Part shown: positions 9,774 to 20,036 of the stretch, in pieces
Position numbering within the stretch: the stretch's first letter is position 1
Layout: each line of letters begins with the position of its first letter
Made by a program: the position numbers and the translations under genes
Notes under the pieces: generated by a model
Told to the model about the DNA's origin: nothing
Seen by the model: only the letters and a program-made list of their open reading frames with translations
The model's database searches: none
IMG/VR virus record: IMGVR_UViG_3300031998_000033
Span: 36,685-100,684 of that record
DNA length: 64,000 nt
From: a virus
Lineage: Duplodnaviria; Heunggongvirae; Uroviricota; Caudoviricetes
Direction: 5' to 3' (one strand)

Positions 9774-11274
9774 GTAAATAAATCTAGCATTACGTTAGAA
9801 AGGAAAATACGTTTATGAAATTTTTCACACATTGTTGCCATTGTGGAAATAAATTTGAAACTAAATCGAAAAAAGCCAAATACTGTAGCTGGCTATGTAA
9901 AAAAATTGAAATTACCAAAGCACAATTTCCGAATGGATCAGATTATGTTGAATGCAAAATATGCGGTCTGCGCGGCAAGCAGATCATATAGCATATAACA
10001 AAAGTCCATAAGATGGAAATTAATGAATACTGCAAAAAATTCAATGTTAAATATGAAGATTTATAGACAAAAAGTTTAAGTATTCAAATGTCGACTAATA
10101 CAAAAAAAGCCTGCGTAGAAGGTCGCTGCGGTTTTCAAAAAGGCGGAGACAATCCGTCGAAAAAAGAAGAATGCCGGAACGGCCGGAACAGCGTATGGTC
10201 GATAAACTTCAAGGGATATGACGGTCTTTCCGATGAAGAGAAAACAGCCAGAATAAAGGCGCTGAGCGAACGAGCGCAGGCGTCACGCGACAGCAGACAC
10301 AACAACGCGACCAAGATCGACTACTACTTGACACGAGGATATTCCGAACAAGACGCGAAAAAAATGCTGCGGGAAAGACAGCGGACGTTCACGCTTGAAA
10401 AATGCGTGGCTAAACACGGAGAGGAAGAAGGCAGCAGGATATACGAGGACAGGCAGCGACGGTGGCAGAACACAATGAAGTCGAAGCCAGTTGAGGAAAT
10501 AGAACGCATCAACAAGGCTAAATTATTTAGCAACCGTAGAGGTTTTTCTATAATCAGTTAGGAATTGTTCGAAAATATAGTTAAACAATTACATGGTCGG
10601 TATAAAAAAATACATTATGCAACTATTACGCCGGGGCGTATTGACGGCGAATACATGGTATATAACAAACATACTAAAACTACATATTTTTTGGACTTTT
10701 ATATAGAAGACAACAACAAGGTAATAGAGTTCGACGGCGATTACTGGCATGGCGAAAAGCGCGGAAACCAGAAACGCGATGCGGAACGCGAAGCGAATCT
10801 CCGTAAGCTGGGCTACGCCAATATCCTGCGCGTCAAGGAACGAGACTACAAAGCCGATCCGGACGCGGTCACGGCGCAGTGCGTCGAATTCATAACGAAA
10901 GGCGATTTATGAACCTCTCTGATACTGTATCCCGTAAATTCGTAGATTCGGCAGACGCGTCGGATTATGAGATCCTGACCGACTCCGGCTGGTAGGATTG
11001 CGTCGCCGTACACAAGACGGTCAAATACGAGATATGGCGCGTCTAGACTGAACGCCATTCGCTGGAGTGCGCCGACGACCATATAGTATTCCGCGAAGAC
11101 ATGAGCCAGGCATTCGTCAAAGACCTTGTACCGGGCGACGCGATAATGACCGAGGACGGCGTTGAAAAAGTAATCTCAATGGAACGGACGGGGTAGTTCG
11201 AGAACATGTTCGACGTCGAGCTGGCCGACGACACAGACCATAAGTACTACACTAACGGGATACTGTCGCATAAT
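9675..11274 (+). mobile_element. Split intein 1 in the terminase P-loop: IntN1 9675..9770, nested homing endonuclease gene, IntC1 10912..11274
   Basis: IntN block A CVCKNT..I. IntC is about 121 aa with block B LECADDHIVF and blocks F/G FDVELADDTDHKYYTNGILSHN, followed by +1 Thr. Splicing would give SRQTGK-TTSYTIF, matching T4 gp17 SRQLGKTT. Confidence 0.65.
9815..10912 (+). CDS. Free-standing homing endonuclease (N-terminal zinc ribbon plus C-terminal Vsr/DUF559-like nuclease), about 365 aa, 3 in-frame TAGs
   Basis: ATG at 9815 with an aggaaaa RBS. Cys clusters CCHCGNKF...CSWLCKK and CKICG. C-terminal motif EFDGDYWHGEKRGNQKRDAEREANLRKLGYANILRV. TAGs at codons 59, 84 and at 10559. TGA at 10910-10912 overlaps the next ATG (ATGA). 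Confidence 0.6.
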
Positions 11275-11634
11275 ACGACGTCCTACACAATATTCGCGCT
11301 CTGGACGCTGATATTCAATCCAGAACAGCGGATAATGCTTCTTGCGAACAAAGCCGATACGGCGATCGAAATTCTTTCGCGAATCCAGCTTGCGTATGAA
11401 TATATTCCTACATGGTTGAAACCGGCTGTCATTACGTGGAACAAGAGCGAAATAATTTTTTCAAACAAATCCGTCATAAAAGGCTTCGCCACGGCATCGG
11501 ACGCGGCAAGAGGCTATAGCGCGAACTGCGTCGCCGGCGACACCAAGATAACAGTGCGGTTTAAAATACTGCCGTTTATGAAATTTAAAATACCAATATC
11601 CTGGCTGAGGTTCCTCGGCAAAGATAGTAAATAA
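10909..11634 (+). CDS. terL: Large terminase fragment B: Met + IntC1 + middle extein + IntN2
   Basis: Middle extein TTSYTIFALWTLIFNPEQRIMLLANKADTAIEILSRIQLAYEYIPTWLKPAVITWNKSEIIFSNKSVIKGFATASDAARGYSAN aligns to T4 gp17 residues following Walker A. It is followed by IntN2 CVAGDTKITVRFKILPFMKFKIPISWLRFLGKDSK and TAA. Confidence 0.7.
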
Positions 11635-13389
11635 ATATATGACAAAAGAAATAACAATAGAACAGCTTAAAAAAGATCTAGCGGACCTGCTTGAAACGTC
11701 GCCGGACAACTACGCGAGATTTCTGAAATCCGAAAAGTACAAAGACAAGTATGAAGGATACATCGACAAGATAAACGAACTGACGCCGCTTCTGCAGGAT
11801 CCGTATTATAAGCTGAAGACGAAAATATACTGGATACTGCACGACATACGCGATTTTCCTAGATGCCATTGCGAAGGATGCCATAATGTGATCGCACGTA
11901 ATGTCGTAAGCGCCGTCGTAGGATACAGCGGCACCGGCCTTTTCTGTTCGAACAGCTGCGCGCAGAAAAGCCAGATGCATAAAGACAAAATGCAAAAGCT
12001 GGCAAGGGAAAAATACGGAAGCGACACCGTCGTCGGATCGCCGGCCGTTCGCATGAAAATAAAAGAGGTGTTCAAACAGAGAGTCGCAGAGAATCCGAAC
12101 TTCTACGTCGGGCGCGCGGAGAAAAGCCGAAAAACATGCAGGATGAGGTACGGCGTGGACAATCCGCAGCAGGACGAGGAGATCCGCAGCCGGACTATGA
12201 CAACGTTCAAAAAGACAATGCTTAGAAAATACGGATATAACAATGCCCTGGACGTACCGGAGATCAGACGGAAAATACGGCAGACCAACATCAAAAAATA
12301 CGGCGTCGAATCCGTATTCCAGAATTCGGAAATGATGCAGACTGTACAGGAGCGCGCTAAATCTCCGGAATCGAAAGCCAAGCGGAAACAGACATTAGAA
12401 GAAAAATACGGCGTCGGCAATTCATTTCAGACGCAGCAGTCTAAAGACGCGGCGATAACGTCCATAAAGACAAAATGCTACAACAGGCTTCTGACAACAA
12501 GCGTTATTCCTAATTTTTCCCTTGAAGACTACTTGAACATAAAGGACTCGGGCAAAAACATAAAAACCGTACTGTCGTGGCACTGCGCCGAATGCGGCAG
12601 AGATTTCGACGCCGTGCCTTTCGAGCATTGCTATGGCAGATCCATAGCAAGGTGCATGCACTGCCATCCCATAATAAACACCGGCTATTCCGTTATGGAA
12701 AAAACGGTGCTCGACTTCGTAAAGGAGCTTCTTCCCGGCGAACGAATAATGGAAAACGACAAGACTATGCTTGTAAATCCCGAAACAGGCAGGAATCTAG
12801 AGCTGGACATCTTCATACCGTCGCTCATGAAGGCCATAGAGTTCCAGGGAACATACTAGCACAGCTTCGAAAAACAGAAGAAGTATGACGCGATAAAAAT
12901 AGAAGAATGCCGGAACAACGGAATAGACCTTATGCAGCTAGACGAAAGCATGTGGACAGACGACAGGGACGCCGCGAAAGCCGCGATATCTGATTTCATA
13001 TTCAACTTAGAAGACCAAACGCTATGAAGCTTTCAGAATCGATAAAACGCCTGTATAAGAAGATAACAAGCATACGCGGCGCAGTGGAGGTGGAAACCGA
13101 CCGCGGATGGGAACCTGTCGAATACGTCATGCAGACGCCGGCGCAGCAGATATACGAGATAACGACCGAGAATGGCCTGGTTTTGAAATGTTCCGCCGAC
13201 CATATCCTGATAGACGCCGAAGGCAATGAAATGCTCGCGAAGGATTCGGCCGGCAGAAAAGTAAAAACCGCCGGGGGCAACGCCGAAATAGTACGGGTGA
13301 GAACGACGGACGAAAAGGCGGAACTATACGATCTTTCGCTCGGCGGAGACCGCCATGCGTACTATGCCGGCGGAATATTGTCGCACAAC
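11527..13389 (+). mobile_element. Split intein 2 at the terminase Walker-B site: IntN2 11527..11631, nested homing endonuclease gene, IntC2 13027..13389
   Basis: IntN block A CVAGDTKIT. IntC has block B LKCSADHILI and blocks F/G LYDLSLGGDRHAYYAGGILSHN, followed by +1 Cys. Splicing would give ARGYSAN-CVICDEFGFV, matching the gp17 Walker-B region. Confidence 0.65.
11639..13027 (+). CDS. Free-standing homing endonuclease 2 (zinc finger, KYG repeat modules, C-terminal Vsr/DUF559-like domain), about 462 aa, 1 in-frame TAG
   Basis: Frame-2 ORF between the two halves of intein 2. Motifs HCEGCHN...CSNSC, repeated KYGVDNPQQDEEIR / KYGYNNALDVPEIR / KYGVESVFQNSEMM modules, and ELDIFIPSLMKAIEFQGTY. TAG at 12857. 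TGA at 13025 overlaps the ATG at 13024. Confidence 0.55.
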
Positions 13390-14745
13390 TGCGTCATATG
13401 CGACGAATTCGGTTTTGTCGCCAATAATATAGCCAACAAGGTCTTCGAGTCCATCTACCCCGTAATCTCTTCGTCGAAGAAGTCGAAATTCATAATCGTG
13501 TCGACCCCCAACGGCGCCGATCCGAACAACCTCTACTACAACCTGTGGCAGCAGGCCAACCAGAAGAGCTACGATAAGAACAAAGAAGGCTGGAAACCGT
13601 TCAGAATCGACTGGTGGGACGTGCCCGGCCGCGACCAGAAGTGGAAAGAGATGACCATCGCGTCGATCGGCGAAAGGCGGTTCGCGCAGGAGTTCGGCAA
13701 TGAGTTCCTGGCCGGCAAACAGAGCCTCAAGCTCATCCCGGACGACATAATAGAGAAATTCAGGATGGAAGCGTCGCGGATGAAAGCATAGGGGCAGGCG
13801 CCGGTCGAGCAGCAGATCCTTTCTGAAAACGAGCAGATGGTGTACAAGTTCAGGATGTGGGCGGAGTTCGACCCGAAAAGAACGTATGCCGCGGCGGCAG
13901 ATATCGCGGAAGGCGTCGGAAAAGACAGCTCCGTATTATATATATTCGACGTCACCGACCTTAGCCGCATAATAATGTGCGCGGCGTTCTCGTCCGATAC
14001 CGTGTCTCTTGTAGAATTCGCGTACGTATGCTCGAAAATCCTTCCGCTTTACGGATCGCCGCCGCTGTTCGCGGAAAGGAACGGCGTTTCAGCCGGTATG
14101 CTGGATTCGTTACGTATAACCTATAAATACCCCAATATAGCGAGGGAATCCAAAAACGGAGAAGCCGGCATCTACTCGCATGTAACAATAAAAGGCCGGG
14201 CTTGCCTATGGGCGCGCGACATGATGACGACGATGGGATTCGGTTTCATTCTTCCCGACCAGGCCCTGCTCGACGAAATGGGCACTTTCGTTAAGAAAGA
14301 AACAAGCGGGCGACATACCGTATTCCAGGCCGCTTCGGGCTCGCATGACGACCACATCATGGCGCTGGTATGGCTATGCTGGGGACTAAATAAGGAAATT
14401 GTCGACAAATATTTCATCGTAGTGAAGACATTCGAATCCCAGCTCGGCGAACTTCTGCCGCAGATGCTCATGCCGATGACAGCATACAACGGCGCGCAGA
14501 TAAAACAGATATCCTAGGATCCCATATACCGCCGGTTCGTGGAAATAAAAAATGAATGTCTCTCGTCCTACAACGCGGCGATGAACGCCGAACAGAACGC
14601 GCAGGAAGACATATTCCAATGGAAAAAAAACCAGCCTCAGTATTTCGACGACGAATGGATAAGTCCGTCATGGAATGAAAACGAAAATCTACAACAGCGG
14701 TCAGTCAATCCAAATAACATCATGCCGTCATTTTTCATAAGCTGA
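13024..14745 (+). CDS. terL: Large terminase fragment C: Met + IntC2 + C-extein (Walker B, ATPase C-motif, nuclease domain). Two in-frame TAGs.
   Basis: C-extein CVICDEFGFVANNIANKVFESIYPVISSSKKSKFIIVSTPNGADPNNLYYNLWQQA matches T4 gp17 MIYIDECAFIPNF...QPVISSGRRSKIIITTTPNGLNHFYDIW. TAGs at 13789 and 14515 are in frame. TGA at 14743. Confidence 0.75.
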
Positions 14746-15249
14746 CAAAATCCGTTATTTTTCCAGTTGTTAACGTTCTGCAATGTCTACACGTTGATAA
14801 CGATCGGCGTCATGGGTTTTCGTCTCAGCGCCCGGCTTCCGCTTTTGAGAGATACCGTTCGAATCTGTTGAGGAATTCCGATACGTCGACATATTCCTAT
14901 ATGAACTCATTGCGCTACTCCCGCGTCATATTCTTTATATATGGAACAGCGGCGTCGTCCGCCTTGCACCACAATATCAAATAATGCCTGAACCATGTCT
15001 TTATCCGCGGTCCGTACTCCGCAATAAAAGCCTAAAGAGTCTCCTGCGGATATTCGTTTTCCAACGTTCGGATCTGTACGTTTCCGATATCTTGCTATCG
15101 GAGAATACGCCTTTCCGCCCTGCGGCGTTGCCGGTCCGCGCGCTTCTGGCTTTTGCTCTCCGAAGATTTCTCCTCACGGGATGTTAGATCTTCCATGTAT
15201 ATATTTACAAAAAAGACCTCTGTTAGCAAACTCTGCAAAACCAGCAACG

Positions 15250-15951
15250 TTACGCCCGCGTTTTTTGTCGGTTGACGTCTTGCAATGTCGCTATGGTCGC
15301 GGACAAAGGCATCATATGCATGTTCATTACGGCCCGGCTGCCGCATATGCACGGCCATGACGTAGTCTTGACGTTGGTCGCCAATATATATCTTCCAACG
15401 GGCATCTCAAGGTCCTTGGGCACGTATCCGAACAAGCTCCATCGGCTGTCGTATCTGTACCGCAGCTCTATGCCTAAACCCATTCCGCCGGGCTGATCAT
15501 CCCCCATAACGCATACATTGCATTCGAACTGAGACGGATCCAGCCGCGCGCACAAAAGCCGCGTTCCCGCTTCGGTTTTTGTTTTTCCGTAATGGATATT
15601 GTCTATCCCGACCGCATCGAACCCATCGAAGTAAAACCATTTTTTTACGGCGGTTGGGCGCTCGTCGAGAAACAAGAATACCTGCTGAAGGCTTCGTTTC
15701 GTAAAGTCGTCTTCGCTTTCAGCCGTCCCGACTAGACACCGCAGCAGCGAGTCCTGCGGAATAAATATCGCCATGAGCGCGCCGAGCTCCTTTAACTCGG
15801 ACGCCGTATTGAATGCGCGTTCTCCGTATGCGTCTTCCGGCGTATATTCAGGGGAAGGAATCCTGCGCATATTGTCTATCAGCGTGTACCGGTCTGCCTC
15901 TTGATACCTGTACGTCCGCGCCCGATCGCGTTCTAGTTCTTGGTCTATCAT
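15250..15951 (-). CDS. Hypothetical protein, 233 aa, no TAG
   Basis: Intact ORF directly downstream of the ClpP-like gene. Confidence 0.45.
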   Translation of the reverse strand: MIDQELERDRARTYRYQEADRYTLIDNMRRIPSPEYTPEDAYGERAFNTASELKELGALMAIFIPQDSLLRCLVGTAESEDDFTKRSLQQVFLFLDERPTAVKKWFYFDGFDAVGIDNIHYGKTKTEAGTRLLCARLDPSQFECNVCVMGDDQPGGMGLGIELRYRYDSRWSLFGYVPKDLEMPVGRYILATNVKTTSWPCICGSRAVMNMHMMPLSATIATLQDVNRQKTRA

Positions 15952-16023
15952 ATCAAACTTGCGTACATTTCGGCTTCACCCGGCGGAATTTCTTCGTCCG
16001 TTTCTCGTATTTCCAGAGGCATT

Positions 16024-16611
16024 TCATGTTATCTCGTCGCAGATTCCGTATTTCAGACATTGCTCCGCGTCGAGGTACAGCTTGTCATCCTTCAGCATCT
16101 CGGCGAGCTTCTTCTTCGGGATTTTCGTATGCTCCGAATAAATGCGAAGGATCTTGTTAAAATGCTTTATGTTGTTCTCCGCTTCGCGCTTAAGCTGCTC
16201 GAAAGTCGAAAATTCTGCCCCGGCGCATCCCAGATGCAGCAGATGGTCGGAATACCTTGACATCGTCCTGTAATCACCGTACGCCGCCAATATTGATCCC
16301 GCCGAATATGCGACGCCGATTACGTGCGTATGTACCGATATGCCTTTGCTTTTCGCGACATCAAGCACGGAAAGCAGCCCAAACAATTCATAAGCATCTC
16401 CGCCGCACGAATTGATGTATATGTGTATGACCGGATCCTTGAACGCTTCCATCTGGTTAACCAGCGACGTGACGGCGTGTATCACCTCTGTCGAAATCGT
16501 AGAATCGAATTCACCGAGTATATACACATTGCCGTCGTCGGTTACGAAATTCCGCGACTTCACATTCTGGTTTCGCATAGGTGTATCTGTCTTTTTGTTT
16601 TCTGTCTTCAT
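16024..16611 (-). CDS. ClpP-family serine protease (a possible prohead protease)
   Basis: IHIYINSCGGDAYELFGLLSVL and VIGVAYSAGSILAAYG align to ClpP IYLYINSPGG and CMGQAASMGAFLLTAG (catalytic Ser). A His and an Asp follow with ClpP-like spacing. Confidence 0.65.
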   Translation of the reverse strand: MKTENKKTDTPMRNQNVKSRNFVTDDGNVYILGEFDSTISTEVIHAVTSLVNQMEAFKDPVIHIYINSCGGDAYELFGLLSVLDVAKSKGISVHTHVIGVAYSAGSILAAYGDYRTMSRYSDHLLHLGCAGAEFSTFEQLKREAENNIKHFNKILRIYSEHTKIPKKKLAEMLKDDKLYLDAEQCLKYGICDEIT

Positions 16612-16616
16612 GGCTT

Positions 16617-16892
16617 TTACTTTATAAATTTTATAAAACCAGACTTCTGTTTCGGAAGTCTCCTAAGCAACCATAAATATAATGTCTTGTCGTCAAGGCG
16701 TTCAAGCGTGACATAATTGTCCATCACTATCTGTCTTACGCGCGGATCGGGACTCATTGTCATATATTTGCGGCAGATGAATCCGGCGAAATCCTTGAAA
16801 TTTGGATCTTCTATATGACGACGCCAGGTTTCTTCGGACTTCGTCACAAGGATATTGTTCATTGCGTCAAATAGCATAGTCGATCTTGCCAT
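16617..16892 (-). CDS. Hypothetical small protein, 91 aa
   Basis: Track ORF in a compact minus-strand operon. Confidence 0.35.
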   Translation of the reverse strand: MARSTMLFDAMNNILVTKSEETWRRHIEDPNFKDFAGFICRKYMTMSPDPRVRQIVMDNYVTLERLDDKTLYLWLLRRLPKQKSGFIKFIK

Positions 16893-17250
16893 ACGTCAAT
16901 CCTATATAGACATTATATAAATCTATGACTGCCATTCTGTCTTCGTCGTTTTTTGCCGCGGCTTTAATATACGCCTCTTCCAGGGACGCGGACTGTTCAC
17001 CCGGTTTTGACAACACCGCTTTTTCGAGATCGTCCAATATCGAATTTTTTACTTCTGCCGCCCATTCAGGCGGAGGTTCGACGCCGTCTATGTCGGCCGC
17101 TATGCGAAGATACGCCTGCATTTCTGGAATTTCGAAATCCGGATCTTTTTTTATTTCGGCGTCTTTTTCCTGCTGCGACCTGGCGTCTTCCGATATCTTC
17201 TGCAGCTCTTCTGCGTCTACAGCAGAGGCATTGCCGTTAAGAATCTTCAT
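16867..17250 (-). CDS. Hypothetical acidic protein, 127 aa
   Basis: Track ORF. Confidence 0.35.
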   Translation of the reverse strand: MKILNGNASAVDAEELQKISEDARSQQEKDAEIKKDPDFEIPEMQAYLRIAADIDGVEPPPEWAAEVKNSILDDLEKAVLSKPGEQSASLEEAYIKAAAKNDEDRMAVIDLYNVYIGLTYGKIDYAI

Positions 17251-17653
17251 CTTCGGAACTCCTTATTCCGATCAGATCTTTTATGACGGCGGCTTTGCCT
17301 GTCTTGTTTTGAACAACTGCCTTCAGATAGCCTTCTTCCGTGAGGTCTGTCTGGTCCCATCCCATGATATTCGCGAATCCAGCCAGCCGCGCTTTTTCGT
17401 CCGGTACATTTATAATCGCGTTTTCCATCAAACCGGATCCATATTCCTTTGGCGACGAACCTTTCGGCATTTCATGCCTGTATTCGCCGGCGGCGACCGC
17501 CTTTATATATTCTGCATCGGGGTCAAGCTCCTCCATATACGAAAAACCGTTATCCAGCTTATCCATTAAGTCGCCGGCATATTCTGACTCAAGCTCCGGC
17601 GGAAGATCTAGATCTTCGAAAGAGAGTTCACGGTCAAGCCAGTTTTTGTCCAT
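17237..17653 (-). CDS. Hypothetical acidic protein, 138 aa
   Basis: Track ORF adjacent to the clamp loader; a gp62-like role cannot be shown from sequence. Confidence 0.35.
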   Translation of the reverse strand: MDKNWLDRELSFEDLDLPPELESEYAGDLMDKLDNGFSYMEELDPDAEYIKAVAAGEYRHEMPKGSSPKEYGSGLMENAIINVPDEKARLAGFANIMGWDQTDLTEEGYLKAVVQNKTGKAAVIKDLIGIRSSEDEDS

Positions 17654-17654
17654 G

Positions 17655-18603
17655 TCAGCTCCTGGCGTATTTCCTGACGGCAGTTACCATGGCAAACAGT
17701 CCGACTTCCTTGTCTATGACGACATTAAGCTGGTACAGCAAATCGGCCAAAACAAGAGTTCCGTCTTCGGTTACTATATTGTTGTCAAGAGCGTAATTGA
17801 ATACGTCGGATCCGAAAGCGACGAAATCCGATACCTTCTCCTTATTCGCAAGATAAAAACGCCTAATGTTAAGCAAGTCTCTCTCTGTCTTTATCTTCTT
17901 GAACAGATCTTTCAGGAATTCGTCTTTGCCAGAATCCGCTATCTGACTTAATTTAACTACCAGTTCTCCCGTACCGCAGCAGAACTGAAGATAGTTCACA
18001 ATACGTCTGCAGTCGGGATAGAACTTAAACGACTCCTCGATAAACGCCTTCAGACTGTCTCTGGTATATTTGACCTGTTCGGAGTCCAGTATGAACTTGA
18101 CGCGCTGCAGCAAATCGCGCTGGTCGAATTTCAGCGGAATAAGAGGGCATCTGCTCAAAATAGCCGGCACGATTTTCGCGGCGTAATTGCATGTACAGAT
18201 AAACCTGGTATCGCTCTGCGCGCTTTCTATAAGCGTACGAAGCGCCAGCTGAAAGTTATTAACGCCGGACGACGACGCCGAATCGAGTTCGTCCAATATT
18301 ACGACTTTAAGCCGGCCTTCTATCGACATAGCGTTGCAGAACTCGGATATCTTCGTCCTGAGCACGTCCAACGTTCCGTCTGTCGCGCATTTCACGAACA
18401 GCGTCTCGGCGTTCAGCGACTTCGCCAATAGCTTTGCGAGAGTAGTTTTTCCGCTGCCCTGCACGCCAGCGAACAGACAATTCTACGGCGCGTTATTCGC
18501 GACCATCGCCTTGAAATAATCGCGAAGGTCCGGGTTCAAAACATAGTCATCCAACGTATTCGGCGCGTACTTGTCGACCCAAAGCTCTTTTATCTCTTCC
18601 ATA
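17655..18603 (-). CDS. Clamp-loader ATPase (T4 gp44 / RFC-like), about 316 aa, 1 in-frame TAG near 18483
   Basis: ATG at 18601-18603 gives MEEIKELWVDKYAPNTLDDYVLNPDLRDYFKAMVANNAP(TAG)NCLFAGVQGSGKTTLAKLLA...VVILDELD...SRC. This is the RFC box II/III, Walker A, DEAD-like and SRC motifs. Confidence 0.75.
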
Positions 18604-18714
18604 TTTATATTATTCGTCCTCAGGACCGAATCCGATACGGTTCCTTTTTTTTCTTCATGTTTATATTGAAATGCATCAGCTTTAGCTCTGTAAGTGTCAA
18701 AGCCTCAGACTGGG

Positions 18715-18778
18715 ACGCGCCGGTATTGGAGTTGTGCTATTCCAATATGTATCGGCGCCGGCGGTCTTCTTTTTTTAG
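18715..18778 (+). ncRNA. Candidate structured RNA or terminator element in a 410-bp intergenic region
   Basis: Nested hairpins: cgccgg[tattgga-gttgtgcta-tccaata]tgtatcggcgccggcg, followed by a T7 run. Confidence 0.3.
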
Positions 18779-19015
18779 TCACTTACACACTCACTGCTTA
18801 CACAGACATAGCTTGCGCACCGGTTAAACTCCATAAGCTTGTTCTTGATAGCCTCTAACTTATCAGGGCCCTAAATGCACAACTTAAGCTCGCACTCAGG
18901 ATCGATATCCAGATGCTGATTATCCAGTTCTGTCAATTCTACGTTTTCATGAACGATCTCTCCTGTGAGATCCCATGCCGCGCGAAGGAAATCATTATAT
19001 TGGATATTGTCCACG

Positions 19016-19976
19016 TCAGAAGCTCATCATAAACGACTTGAGGTCGGACACAGGATTCAGCACGTCTTCCGAATAAAGTGACTCGTTTATCGCCTTCTTT
19101 ATCCGTTCGGTAAGTTCAGCCGGTATTTCGCTGAATGAAATTATCTTCTTGTTCAGCTTGTATTTCTCCGCCGCGTCTGCGCTTTCAAGCAGTTTCCTAT
19201 CAAGTTCGTCCCGGTTCTTTACTAGCGACAGCGCCGTCTTGGGCCCGCACCGCAAAAATACCTACGATATATTGTCAGACTTATCGCCCATTAGTATCTT
19301 CCCGAGCAGAAAATCCTCAGCCGACACAATCTCGTCGCCAAGCTTGCGCTATGCCTCTTTCCCGAACAGGTCGAATTCCCTCACGTTTTCGAGCTGCAGA
19401 AAATCACGGTCGGACGAAATTAATATCGATCCGGCATAGTCCTTCGCGAATTTTGTCATAAACGTCGCAATCACGTCATCGCCTTCTGCGCCTTCTACCG
19501 TTATGAACTTATATCCGTAATCTTCTTCTAGCTTGAGTTCCTTGTAGAGAACGTTTTTGATATAATTCTTGATGGTGTCAAGCCTATAATTGCGCTTTAC
19601 CGTCAACCGGTTAGCCTTGTACTGCGGGTAAAGGTCAAGGCGGAAGTTGCGTTTCAACTTGTCGTCGCACGCGAACACTATGTCTATCTGCTCGCACGAA
19701 TTTATCTCGTCTTCGAAATTCGCCTTCGCGATGCCTTCCAACGCCTGAAGCTTGTCCATCACATATTGCCTAAGAACCTTGCGGTACTCGTTGCAGCTGA
19801 TAAGGTCGGGGAGATTGTCCTGATCGCATTCATCGATTGGTTTTATCCATTCTGCAGCCTAAACGGGATACCGCTTCACGAAATCATTAACGCTGCCAAA
19901 TATACAGAAATACGTTACGTATGAATTGTCCGCCAAAATAAGAAACTTACGCTTGTTTTGATTCATATAAATATAA
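19016..19976 (-). CDS. RNase H / flap endonuclease (T4 RNase H / FEN-1 family), about 320 aa, 3 in-frame TAGs
   Basis: Motifs GAEGDDVIAT, ISSDRDFLQL, GDKSDNI and GCGPKTA. Track ORFs 19349..19762 and 19016..19255 are one frame, joined by TAGs at 19349 and 19262. The N-terminal extension to ATG ~19974 contains a further TAG. Confidence 0.7.
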
Positions 19977-19984
19977 TACGAATA

Positions 19985-20018
19985 AAAGAAAAAAGGCACG
20001 GAATATCCGTGCCCTTTC
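19985..20018 (-). terminator. Rho-independent terminator
   Basis: Hairpin ggcacgg-aatat-ccgtgcc with a T-run on the minus strand, just after the TGA of the 20037 gene. Confidence 0.55.
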
Positions 20019-20036
20019 ACAATCAAGCTGATCCGT

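Noticed and set aside
14830-14850. Exact GTTCGAATC T-loop-like string (possible tRNA)
   Set aside because: Flanking bases do not form a T-stem, acceptor stem or anticodon arm on either strand. No tRNA, including the expected CUA suppressor, could be supported anywhere in the window by eye.
18598-18612. Exact TATAAATA (T4 late-promoter consensus) on the minus strand
   Set aside because: It overlaps the clamp-loader ATG itself (TATAAATATGG), so it cannot sit at -10 of that gene's transcription start. It is most likely coincidental AT-rich sequence.
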